Origin: Octopus bimaculoides
Taxonomy: Eukaryota
Length of the DNA stretch: 64,000 nt
Direction: 5' to 3'
NCBI RefSeq assembly: GCF_001194135.2
Contig: NC_068984.1
Span: 23,422,742-23,486,741, forward strand
Positions 1 through 12,043 of this stretch are shown piece after piece. The first letter of the stretch is position 1. Every line of letters starts with the position of its first letter. The notes under the pieces were generated by a model that was not told where the DNA came from, did no database searches, and saw only the letters and a list, made by a program, of their open reading frames with translations. The translations under genes and the position numbers were made by a program.

Positions 1-279
1 CATGGGGGTTATGGCCATTATGCATAGAATATAATTTCCAAATTTCTTAAAGATCCATTCAATACTTTTGACGAAGTTTTGGATAAGAAAACAAATGACT
101 AATGTGTGTGTTTGTGTGCATATATATGTGTGTGTGTATGGGTGTATATATGTATAGATATCTATATGCATTTATATGTGTACATATTAGATGTACACCT
201 ATATATATACATCTACACACATGTATACATATAGATCTATATCTATATATATATCTATACATATACGTGTACATATACA

Positions 280-316
<37 letters not shown>

Positions 317-1121
317 GTCTCTGTATATATATATATATATATATATAGATAGATAGATATACACACTATTAAAGTGAAAGTATCTGTCATTACAGTATCG
401 AAATGTGATTGTTTCAGTTAGTGGAATAGTTTCATTTTTAAAGTGAAAGTATTTGACATGAGTGTTTTTGTTTCACTTTTGACACGTAATACTTAAATAG
501 TGGAGGAGATATTATGTTGCCGTGGGCTCGAACTCTGCAAGAAGTTAAAACTTTTTTTTTGACTAAAACACAACCGGAACCCTAAGTAAGACATGTGTAA
601 AATTTGAATGAAATTGGTTGTGTAGTTCTCGAGTTTTAGGGGAACACACACACACACACACAGACAGACAGACAGACAGACAGACACACACACACACACA
701 CACACACATTCTCATTTTTATATATATAGATAATAAAAATTTGGTGACATTGTGACACAATAATCTTTTGTATATTTTGCTGTCTGATATATATTTATGA
801 TTTTCCGCAGTGTAACTTGTTTATGGAATTTTGTTGCGTTTTTAGGTTGTCATTAACTTTCAATATAAAACTTCCATTGTTAATAAGCGGGTTTTTTCGC
901 ACATTTGTGTGCGTGTGCATATGTGTATGTATGTATGTATGTATGTATGTATGTACGTATGTATGTATGCACGTATGAATAAATGCATACACATGTATAT
1001 AATATCTTTTAGTGTGTAAGAAGTGGTACAATGAATACAATTGCATGTAACAATTGGGTGTGTAACAACAGAGATCAATGAACAAGTGATAAAGTGCAGT
1101 TCGTGCGAGTTAAATTTGTTA

Positions 1122-2390
1122 TATTGGGTCATCCTATAAATAATGCGGGGTTTTTTATACTTCTTATATTTTTCAAAATTAAGATAAACAAAGTTCTTTT
1201 TTAATCTAGAATATACTCTGCTTCATTTTCTACAATGCTCTTCCATCTATCTGGTAGACTTGCAAGCCCCTTCTTCCAAAATTCACTTGTCCGTGACGAA
1301 AAATACTTTTCCAGTACTGTTCTGAACTCGTCTAAAGAATTCATATTTTTTCCGTCCAAATGATTTTGAAGACTACGGAATAAATGATAATCAGATGGGG
1401 CAATGTCCAGCGAATATGGTGGGTGGGGTATCGTTTCCCATTCACACTGTTCCAGCCTTTGGGATGTCATCTTCGCTGTATGTGGCCGAGCATTATCCTG
1501 TTGGAAAAACACCTTTCGTCTTAAAACCAAAGATGGTCGTTTTTCTCCTAGGGCTAACTTAAGCCGCTCAAGCTGCTGGCAGTAGATCTCCTTTGTTATC
1601 GTTTGGTTTGGGGTTAAAAGTTCAAATTAGAGTAAGCCTTTCATATTCCACCAAAAAGATAACAAGACCTTACATAGGTGAAGACCATCTTTAGTCAGCC
1701 TGGAGTGCCGGTGTTTCTCCTTTCCCTACCCACTGTTTTCGGCGCTTGACATTTTTATAGAGAACCCATTTCTCGTCACCAGTCACTATTCATTCCAAAA
1801 GCGGTTCATTCGTGAGACATGACAGCAAATAAGAGCACACTCGGAAAGTTTGTGAGGAACCCATTGACCCAATTTGCTGACTTTTCCGATGGCATGCAGG
1901 TGTCGATGAATGGTTGAATGACCAAATCCAAGCTTCTTTGTTTGTTCCTCAACAGTTACGATGTAATTTTGTTCCACCAGGGTTTGCAGGACGTCCTCGT
2001 CGAGGTCTACAGATCTTCCAGGATGAGGCTCGTCTTCTAGGCAGCAGTTTCCGGCTCGGAATTTCTGGAACCATTGTTGACACTGGCTTACGCTTATTGT
2101 CCGATCCCCCATGTACTGCATTGATATTTCTCGCACTTTCTGTTGCGTTGTTGCCTTTATTGAGCTCATCAACCAAAATACATTGAATGTGTTTCTTTGT
2201 CACTTCCATTATAGCTTTGAAAAAATAACTGTTAAAATCGAACTGCACTCTTCAAAACCTGTACTAAGAATAAGTACAAAGTAAAATTACTACCTGCTTT
2301 TACAGCATGTTGATTCCGGTAGTTTAACTCGTCCCTCTCTCACTTTTAGTTCATGCAATTGAAAAGGACCACATTATGAGATGACTCAAG
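1122..2390 (-). mobile_element. Decayed mariner (DD34D) transposon, near full length
   Basis: Frameshifted transposase: MEVTKKHIQCIL..., GRSVDLDED, QQDNARPH, HPPYSLDIAPSDYHLFRSL. Left TIR TA-TTGGGTCATCCTATAAATAATGCG; degenerate right TIR near 2370-2390. Confidence 0.9.
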
Positions 2391-2449
2391 ATGAGTACAT
2401 AGATCGCAGTGAATAGGTGTAAGCGATCATGATCACTTTGTGTGTGACT

Positions 2450-5100
2450 CAGTGACTAGAATGAAATGGGTGGAATAGTACTTGACTTTTGAAAAACAAA
2501 TAATGAAAGAAAACTTGTATCAAATTGAAACTTGATCTCACTTCTCTCCTTACACTTTTGCGTATAGAAGGCCCATATTGATTTCATAAAAACTGACGAA
2601 CGGAAAATAAATCTATGAAATAAAGGAGTTTGTCCAAATTCTGGTGTGAAATCAAACAGTTCCTCACAAACATAAACAACTCGCTTCACATTCGCACTTC
2701 CTTCATTAACACACAGACCTTGAAAAGATTCTCTGATGTGAATATAATAATATTGTTTCTTTCGACATCCCAACCACACAACCACTAACACATTAAGGAA
2801 ACAATATTGTATCCTACCACTAGCTGTTTAAAATACGCAGCTAAAACTATCACCGCTACAAATTCTATTGAGCATCTTGATGTCAAACGAAACAAGCAAG
2901 ACAACGAAAATATGTGTAATACGATCGAAGCTACTGAACTTAATTAGGACAGCCTGTTTGTCTGAAGAAGTCAAAATGGTGAAGAAAACTAACATAGCGG
3001 TTGGAGGATTCGGTGGTCAATAAAGTTATTGGAAGTCAATCCACAAGTAGTCGAGATCTTCTTACTGATTTTCGCCGTGAGGCTGTCATTCATGTTTTGA
3101 GTGGATTTTCTTAAAGCTCCGACGCCTCAAGTTTGCAGGAAACTATTATACCATGAAGAGCCTTTCCCACCTTCCAAAAAGCGATAATCGTACTAGAATC
3201 AAACCCCTGACAAAGCAACTAGAATCTCTACTGGATATGAATACAAGCGAATTGATCTAGTTGCTCTGATCATCAATTTTTCAACATTGATGGCTTTGTG
3301 GCGTACGCTTTAGAGAAAATCCTCTCTCTCTCTGTTATATATACATAAATACGGACGTAGTAGATAACAGCAAGCCTTCGGCCGCCCTTTTGGACCCTAT
3401 TCTGTCCACTACTCTGATTGGTTGGTATTGGCGCAATTTGTCTCTTGCTCTATTGCGCGCCAATATGCAACCCAACCAATCGCAGCCTTCAAATAAGGTC
3501 ACGTGAGATAGTCTCTTCTAAACCTCAGTTTGAACCGACTGCTCACTATAAAACTCTAGCTTCACACCGTCTCGATGTCTTTCGGTTCCAGACCTTTTCA
3601 GGTCTAGCCACTGACCATACAGGACACAGCCAGTTCCAGCGACAACACAACAGCAGCCACATGGAGACTCATCAACTTCATCCAGCAGCATTCGAGGACC
3701 TCCATCTCTGTCGCCACCATTCGTCCTAACGCCATCATCTCTCTACGTACACAGCAACCAGCAATACTCAACACTGTTTGTGAATCACTTCACCATGGTT
3801 AGCAGCAAAACACAACCTGCGAGAACTCCCGTAACAAGTGACCAGTAGCAGCAGCGTAGCCACAACTTCTTGTACGACATGTACCTCAACTGGCTCTGCA
3901 TTACAGCCACAACTTCTTGATACAGCATTCAACTATCGTGTACATTGACTACGAACTGGTATCTATCATCCTTGTGTCTGAACATTCTTCTAGCGTCATA
4001 TTATAGACTTTCAATGCTCTGTGCTTATCGCACACGCATACATCCATGTTTGTACACACACACTTTGTTCTCATGACAGCCTGTCTATTATCATGTATAC
4101 ATGACTCACTACAGATACACATGTTAACCTATCAATAAAATCTTCTCTTAAACATTCTACTCGGTTGTGTCTCTCTTTTCCTTCTGGCATTTATACGCAT
4201 TTATTCATTTCATATCTAATTGTATTGACCGTGTGATGTACTAAGGAGCCATTCTCGTCACTTCTCTTCGCACGGTCGTTTACAGTCTCATATTTGTAGC
4301 AGAAACTATGACTTATTTTAGATGTGAAAACAGGATGTCATAGTACAAAGTGTCTCATTGAGTGGAAGTCATGCATTTTAAACTCACTGACTAAGTTACT
4401 GAAGTTTGTTTTTTTTTTACATCAAAAACAGTATCCAGAAAATGGTTGCGATTTATAAATGGATGTGATTTATAAAACTCTGAATTGAAGCTCCAGTAAT
4501 GGGGGCCAAACAATGTTTGCCTAAATTTTTTGAACTGTGTTTGAGCGGATTCGTCGTTTAAGTCGTTATTGCAGGACGATGATACTGAATCTACTAAACC
4601 GCAATTGTCTTGCAAACATCAATTTCCTGAGGGACGTGAAAGGTTTTCCGATTTCTAACCACAGTGTAGCTCGGTTACTTGTCCTTCGACATCTGTCACA
4701 GTGGGATACCCCTTGTTCCAACATGTATCTAATAAACCTGTTCAATTAGAATCCGTTGACTCCATAAGCCTTATTAAAATATTCAAATTCTGTAGAAACT
4801 AACAAATTAAGGAGCTTCGAATATGAAGAGTATTCAACATCTTCCGTGGCAGCAGCAAGCTTCTTTCCAATATGTCCATTATATATCGCATCTGCATCAA
4901 CAACAACAAAAAATTAATAGATTGTTTATGTATTTTTTGTTTTAAAATGACTGAAACTGAGCTAACATGGCAGCTTAATGCACTATGAAATCTAACACCA
5001 TTAAAAATAAGCATTAACTGTTGCACTCTTTACAGTGAGGTCACTTTATTTTCGTATCTCTAAGACGCTTAAGTTTAATTCAATCTAAAAAGAAAAAGTT
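2450..5100 (-). mobile_element. Probable hAT-like transposase remnant interrupted by a solo LTR
   Basis: Near 2620-2720 the minus strand gives SANVKRV and, after a frameshift, RNCLISHQNLDKLLYFI, resembling the hAT C-terminal dimerisation domain. Broken coding-like sequence continues on both sides of the LTR. Boundaries are approximate. Confidence 0.5.
3333..4284 (+). mobile_element. Probable solo LTR (~950 bp)
   Basis: TG...CA termini; 5-bp flanks CTCTC/GTCTC (one mismatch); CCAAT boxes, CACGTG, TATAAAA near 3547 and AATAAAA near 4135, in LTR order. Confidence 0.6.
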
Positions 5101-5649
5101 ATGTTTATTGTGAAGGTGGCTTGAAAAGCGTACGTCTCCACCTGAAAAATTAATCCTTACAATCGTTTACAAAGTCTTCGAACAGGTTATTTCACCTAAA
5201 TTATTGCCTAAAAGATTGAGCCTTGTCCGAATTAAGGAGTTGTATCCTCTACACTCTGTCTCGTACGTCTATGATAGTACATTAGGATATAAGAAACACC
5301 TGGAGCCAATGTAAAAGCCAGTGCAACAAGAAAGAGGCGGTAACTGTATTTGTTTTCATCCGGCAAATAAAACCCGCGTTTACAAGACAGCGGTAGGACA
5401 AAATATGGTTTCATTACAGGAAAAATAATTGAGAATAAATTAGAATCTAGCATACAAGGCAACGAAATTATACTCATAGACAATAACAATACATGAGGGC
5501 TAGTACAGTAACTTCACAAAGATGATAGTAAAAATAATAGTCTTACCAATGAGTGACGCGACGGGTCGTAGCAACTTCAATGTAGCGTACTTGCTGGTCA
5601 ATTGAAAAATGACTGATCCTAATTGGTACGTAGGAAAAGCGATGGACTA

Positions 5650-6560
5650 TTTCTTCTTCTTCTTCTTCTTCTTCTTCTTCTTCTTCTTCTTCTTCTTCTT
5701 CTTCTTCTTCTCCTCCTCCTCCTCCTCCTCCTCCTCCTCCTCCTTCGTCTTTGGTCCGTTGGTGCTTTGAGCGGCACATCGGGCAGTCAGTGATCGCCAA
5801 TTATCTCCGTCTCTGACCAACCGGTATGCTTTTTCTCAGGTGATGTTCAATCTGCATAGGTCTTCTTTGAAGGTACTACGCCATGTCTTCCTTGGCCGGT
5901 CCCTTTTTCTCTTACCTTCCAGCGGCATCCAGCCCATGACTGTTTTGGCAAGCCTCTCCTCTTACAAACTTAGTATGTGTCCAACCATTCTCAGTATGTG
6001 TCCGGCCATTCGTCGTTCGGTTACAATTGCATGCAAGAGTCTTATTCTTGTTGCTTGGAGAATGGCTTCATTTGTCACACCGTCTCGATAAGTGATTCTT
6101 ATGATCATTCTGGGGCACGGCTGATGAAATACGTCGAGTTGGCGGGCGACTTTTGCTGTCATCTTCCAGGTCTCAGCCGCATAGATCGTTATTGGCAGTA
6201 TTGTTGTTTTGTATAGACGAATCTTCAGCTCTATACTTATGTTATTGCTACACCAAAATGTTGTCAGTCTTCTAAATACTGCCGCTGCCTCGCTAATTCT
6301 GCAGCTTACATCTGTCTCTGCCTCGCCGTTGCTTGTCCCTATGCTTCCCAGATATGTGAAGCTTGTAAATCTTCAACTGGTTTTTGTCCAACTTTCACTG
6401 GTACACTTTCTGCTTCTTTCCCAACTTGCATTACCTTCGTGCTCTTGACCGCTGATTCTCAACCCAATCTTTGCTACATCCCTTTGCATTTTTATTGTCA
6501 TTTCGTATAACGTTGGGCGATTCTAAGCCAACAGGGCAATATCATCGGCAATACAGAAAT
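5650..6560 (-). mobile_element. RTE-clade LINE 3' portion with (GAA)n/(GGA)n tail
   Basis: Post-RT motifs on the minus strand: FTYLGS, LDVFHQ..RMIIRITYRDGVTNE, AGHILRM; microsatellite tail at about 5650-5745. Confidence 0.8.
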
Positions 6561-6880
6561 GCTAAAAACTCAATATATTATTCACGGTATTTATCTGCCG
6601 AATCTTTTTTAACAAACTGATGCGGAACAAACGCACTGCAGCAAAAGAAAGCACAAATTTAGTGATATCTGCCACTGAAGTGCTTCGAGAAAAACTTAGC
6701 TTATGCCAAGTAAAATCACGATGATGAAATAATTGTGATACTTAAATTTTGTGAGCACGGGCAAAGCTATTGGGAGACCGGGCAATACCGAGCTCGCCTT
6801 AGCCTAGCGCTACGACTCCCCATAGACATAAATGAAATTGTATACACCTGAATATTTTTCAGCTGATTACATGAACTTAC

Positions 6881-7258
6881 TGTGGAGGCGCAATGGCCCA
6901 GTGGTTAGGGTAGCGGACTCGCGGTCACAGGATCGCGGTTTCGATTCCCAGACTGGGCGTTGTGAGTGTTTATTGAGCGAAAACACCTATAGCTCCACGA
7001 AGCTCCGGCAGGGGATGGTGGCGAACCCTGCTGTACTCTTCCACCACAACTTTCTCTCCCTCTTACTTTCTGTTGTGCCTGTAATTCAAAGGGTCAGCCT
7101 TGTCACGTTGTGTCACGCTGAATATCCCCGAGAACTACGTTAAGGGTACACGTGTCTGTGGAGTGCTCAGCCACTTGCACGTTAATTTCACGAGCAGGCT
7201 GTTGATCGGATCAACTGGAAACCTCGACGTCGTAAGCGACGGAGTGCCAACAACAACA
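6881..7258 (+). mobile_element. tRNA-derived SINE family A, full length, (CAA)n tail
   Basis: Box A TGGCCCAGTGG and box B GGTTTCGATTCC; 12-bp TSD ACATGAACTTAC (6869-6880 and 7259-7270). Confidence 0.9.
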
Positions 7259-7989
7259 ACATGAACTTACAAATTAATAATGATTTAGTTCAAAAAGTTC
7301 AGTCATCGTTATTTTCATACCATTGTCATACATAAAACTTTAAAATAGCAATAAACACGACAAACCTGAGAAAGTCAATAGAGTATCGTCTTTAATTACA
7401 TTTCAAAAATATGAACACCCCAGAGTGGTGTCTTCATTTTACAAAGGTCATGCTGTGATGTAACAGACTGTTACCATTAATTTTTTTTCTTTGTCATTTG
7501 TGAACACTATCACTGACAATCTTCTAAGGAATTATTTTAATTAACAAAATCATGATATATTACATGTATTTTTTTTTCTCGTCGTTCATGAAAGATTTGA
7601 AAGATTATTGAGATGCCAAACGATATTTTTTGCAAGTTAAACATTCTTCGTGAAAACTATTTTTAGTTCAATCACCACTGCAAATTTCTTCCTCCACTTC
7701 CACCTTTTGATGTTTCGTTCTTTTAAGCTCCCATTTTCGTTTCGATTTGCTTCGTTTCTTTACTGAGTCGTTGAAAGACCTTCGCACACTTTCAGACGAA
7801 TCGTTAGCATGCCAGGCAAAATGCATAGCGCCATTTCGTCCATCTTTATGTTCTGAATTTAAATTCACCAAAGTCGACTTTACTTTTCATCCTTTCAACG
7901 TTGATAAAATAAGTACCAGTTGAACATTGGGATTGATGTGATCGACTTATCCCTACTACTATAATTGCTGACCTTGTGCCAAAACTTGA

Positions 7990-7992
7990 AGC

Positions 7993-8047
<55 letters not shown>

Positions 8048-8345
8048 TTATGTTTGACTTTTGCTTTGCATTTGTACAAGTTGGATCCAAGTCTCACCCA
8101 GAGACCTCAAGAGACAACAAGTTAGAAGTTCATGTAGGTGTTATGCCTATGGTACCATATATTTCGATTTGTACATAGTGTTGTTCTAGAGAATGTTTAA
8201 GAAACCATAAGAAAATGATGTGTTTGTTTTGAAATTTGAGATCACATAGACAGTATTTTACGTAGGATATGGGCAGTTCCCATGAGCACTATCTTTTGAA
8301 CTTCAGCCATTTTGGGGTTTCCTGGTATCTGAGCTATGTAGTTTT
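7990..8345 (-). mobile_element. R4/Dong-like RLE-LINE 3' end with (TAA)n tail
   Basis: C-terminal ..[19 protein letters not shown]-stop, then 3' UTR and (ATT)n at about 7995-8048. Confidence 0.75.
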
Positions 8346-8690
8346 GAAGTGTCATCTTCCCTTCTTTTATGCAACAAGAACGATCCGTTTCTCGACCGGA
8401 TTGTGACTTGCGATGAAAAGTGGATTCTTTACGACAACCGGCGACGCCCAGCTCAGTGGTTGGACGCCGACGAAGCTCCACGGCACTTCCCGAAGCCAAA
8501 GTTGCACCAAAAGATCATGTTGACTGTTTGGTGGTCTGCGGCCGGTCTCATCCATCACAGATTTTTGGATCTAGGCGAAACCATTACGGCGGAGAAGTAC
8601 TGTCAGCAAATGGATGAAATGCATAAGAAACTCAGACAACAACAGCCAGCATTAGTCAATAGAAAAAGGACCAATTCTTCTCTGACAGGT
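8346..8690 (+). mobile_element. Mariner transposase internal fragment
   Basis: ORF 8349-8765: [17 protein letters not shown]...KIMLTVWW...[12 protein letters not shown]. Confidence 0.9.
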
Positions 8691-8794
8691 TGGCTCCAGA
8701 AGCCACAGCCAGCCAGCTGTCACGTGGCATACTCCATCATCCAAAATAGATCAATGAATATGTAGTAGATGGCAGTGGCTGCTGGAGTCTACCA

Positions 8795-10100
8795 CACAAC
8801 TCTGTCATTCAAGAGAAAAAAATAGGCTCCGAGACACCGCTTGTCAAAATTACGCGCCCTTCTCATTCATTGGATGATGGTTTGTATCACTTGACAGCTG
8901 GTTGGTTGAGGCTGCCGGAGCCCACCTGTCAGTATTTAAGGGCGAAAGAAACGCATCATTCGTCATTCGTGCAGAGATGCAAACATAAACAAAAGTTGTT
9001 CAAAATGAAAAGAGAGAGGAGGAAGGACAAATCCGTAGCAGAAGATTCAATTGTTAGAACATTACAAAGTTCTTGGGAAAATAACTCAGCAGGAAGCAGC
9101 ACAGAGGTTGGGAATTTCAAGAGGTCTGCTCCAGAATTTGCTAAAGAATGAGAATGACCTTCATGCCAAAGGACACGATGGCTGTTCATCAAAAAGAAAG
9201 CACCAACGAGAGGGAGAAGACCAAAAGATAGACCGTGCTCTCTACGATCGGTTTCAATTTATTCGCTCGAGAAATGTCCCCGTCAATGGCCCGATCCTAA
9301 TGCACAAAGCCAATGCCATTGCTCAAGCTGCTGTTGAAATCGTATCAGCCACAAGACATCTAAAAAACTGGGATCTACTTTCGTGCATTACCAGGAAATA
9401 TACATGTCAACGAGAGTTGCAAGAAAACTGTGGGAGGGTTTAAGACGTCAAAGGACCTGTGTGACCTTGATGTGGCGGCCTGCAACATAAATGGAGACAA
9501 AGAAGACTTGCTCTTAATCGGAAAGGCTGGTTCACCAGGATGCTTCAAAAATGTCAAAACGCTTCCGATTCAGTACGACTTTTCAACCAATACTTGGATG
9601 ACAGAAAAAAATCTGTAGGAGATGATTCAGATCTTGGGATCATCGTTTTCAGGAATCTGGAAGACAAGTGGTGGTCCTACTTGACAATTGCTCTTCTCGT
9701 GTAGTCATCGATGATTTCAAGAATATCACTTTAAAATTTCTTCCTCCCAACACAACGTAAGTGCTGTAGCCCAGTGACATGGGGATAATCAAGACCTTGA
9801 AAACCTACTTCAGACATGAAATGCGCCAGAAGATCATTGATGTTATGGAAAACACTGAACGAGAAGTTGCCCAGAAGTTGCAAAGCGGATCACCATTTTG
9901 GATGCCATGTACATGTTAAGTGTAGCTTGGAAGAAGTTCTCTAACTAGACAATCAAACATTGTTGGATCAAAGCTGGTTTTGTTTCGGCCGAAGAATCAA
10001 ATGAAGCCATAGATGTTAACGAAGATTTGATCCTAGACTTCGCACAGCGTGCTAACGATTCTGCCAGCTCACCACCCTGTGCTGATGTAATTTGAAACTT
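8795..10100 (+). mobile_element. Decayed pogo/Tigger (TIGD-like) transposon
   Basis: CENP-B-like HTH (AAQRLGISRG; VPVNGPILMHKA) and DDE_1 motifs (LLIGKAGSPGCF, WMT, LLDNCSS, FLPPNTT) with stops and frameshifts. Confidence 0.82.
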
Positions 10101-10849
10101 GTTAGGACGTTGCTCAAATTTCCTGCTGTATTTTGTTATTTTATCTTTTTTAATTTTCTGAGCTCAAAGCCCGCTTATTTTTCAGGGGTTGATAAAATAA
10201 ATACTAGTCAAGTATTAGAGGCGTTTTTTATATTCCTGTGAAAGTATTCCAGACATGAATGGAATTATATAAAAATAAGATTGTATTATATTTCTGCTGT
10301 TGTGACAAATGACAGAAATCAATATTTATTTCGTGTTACATCATATTTTGAATACTAAACAGATGTATTTTTAATTAGATTTTTATCTATTCTTCAAATA
10401 ACCCAAATAAACATTCGAATAAACACTAATAAGAGAGTTTCTACGTCAATGCTTCACGGCATTTTTTTTTTTTTCGCGACACACTTAAGAGCAAATAAAT
10501 ATATTTTAGCATACTTTGTACATAAGACAAATGCATTAATAAATGATATTTAAATATTTTAGCCGATAAATCATGTACTTGTTCTTTATTCAATAAATAA
10601 ACCGTCTTAATCGTGATTATATTTAAGGCGGCGCCGAAGAATTGTTACCGCACCGGCTGCAATGCTTAACAGTTATTTCTCCCGTTTTGAGTTCAAATGA
10701 CGCCGAAGTCAATTTTTTTTTTATCCTTTCGGGGTCGATGGAATAAATATTAATTGAGCATTGTAATCGATATAATCGACTTTCATTCTCCTCTAAATTG
10801 CTGACCTGGTGTCAAAGTTAGAAAAGTTTGATCTTTTTCCTTTCAACGG

Positions 10850-10990
10850 CAGATCGAGAAATTAATTTTTTGTTACTAAACACTTTCAAACTTCGGACAC
10901 TGGTAGAATGTGTCATATAAAACGTCTTTTACTCTTAGTGTTGTTGAGAAAAGTTTCTATTTTCAAAGTTATTTCGTATTTATTATGACT
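10850..10990 (+). mobile_element. Fragment of the same family as the 62567-63155 element
   Basis: Shares AAACACTTT.AAACTT.G.ACACTGGTAGAATGTGTCATATAAAAC.TCTTTTT.CTCTTAGT with 62605-62670. Confidence 0.7.
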
Positions 10991-11884
10991 ATAGAATAGC
11001 ATTTCGTATTTTTCAAATTCTTAATTTTACCATGAAGGCGGCGAACTGGCAGAATCGTTACCCCCACCGGACAAAATGCTTAGCGGTATTTCGCTCGTCT
11101 TTATGTTCTGAGTTCAAATTTCACTGACGTCTTTGCCTTTCATCTTTTTGAGACCAACAAAATAAGTACCAGCTGAGGATTTGGATCGATGTAATCGACG
11201 TACCCCTTCCTCCGAAATTACTGGCCCTCTGCTGGAACGCTTTTGATTATGGATCTGCTTGGTTAGGACGAACTGGTTACTAAACAATATCAAAAACGTT
11301 ACATCAAACTCAAAATTCGATTTTACCAAATCTACTTTTGTAACGAAATAACTGGAAGATAAGGACCAGGAGAATCATCATGGAAATCTAAAAAGATCCA
11401 TTGAAATATTATTTTGCCATCATTAATTTGGATGTTCGCTTTTATGTTAAAAATAAGCAAAAAAGAAAGGAGGAATGTATAGTCGTTTAAGTTGAACACT
11501 TTTCCTTCTGATTGCTTGTTTGAAAAATAATTTTCAATAATTAGCAATGAAATTATAATTTATCAAGTGTCCTTTATAGTGCACATAACCCGAAATCTTT
11601 TCTCTGTTTTCCTTCTCGTGTTGCCTCCTCTTCTCTCTCACTCTCCTACGTGTTCTTTCTATCTCTCACTCTCTCTCACTCTCTATCTCTATCTGTCTCT
11701 CTCTCTCTATCTATCTATCTCTCTGACTATCTATCTATCCATTTCTACCTCTCTCCCACACTTTCCCCATTATCTCAATCTCTCTTCTGTCTTTTCTCTA
11801 CCTCTCCATGATATTTTTACTTCTTTTCTTAAATCTTCCGCTAATTTTCCCACTTTTTCATCATTCTCAATCTCTTCGTCTTAT

Positions 11885-11918
<34 letters not shown>

Positions 11919-11997
11919 TATACTCTATATGTATCTCTATATGCCTCTCTTTGTCTTTCTTTCTCTCTTTCTTCCTCTTTCTCTTTCTTTTTCTCTT

Positions 11998-12043
<46 letters not shown>

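Noticed and set aside
59-1132. Numerous 60-110 aa ORFs rich in YI, CV, RE and HT
   Set aside because: These are translations of microsatellites. The same applies to ORFs spanning N gaps and those inside SINEs.
6883-6960. tRNA gene
   Set aside because: It has A and B boxes but no complete cloverleaf, and continues into a SINE body with a TSD. The same applies to the other SINE heads.
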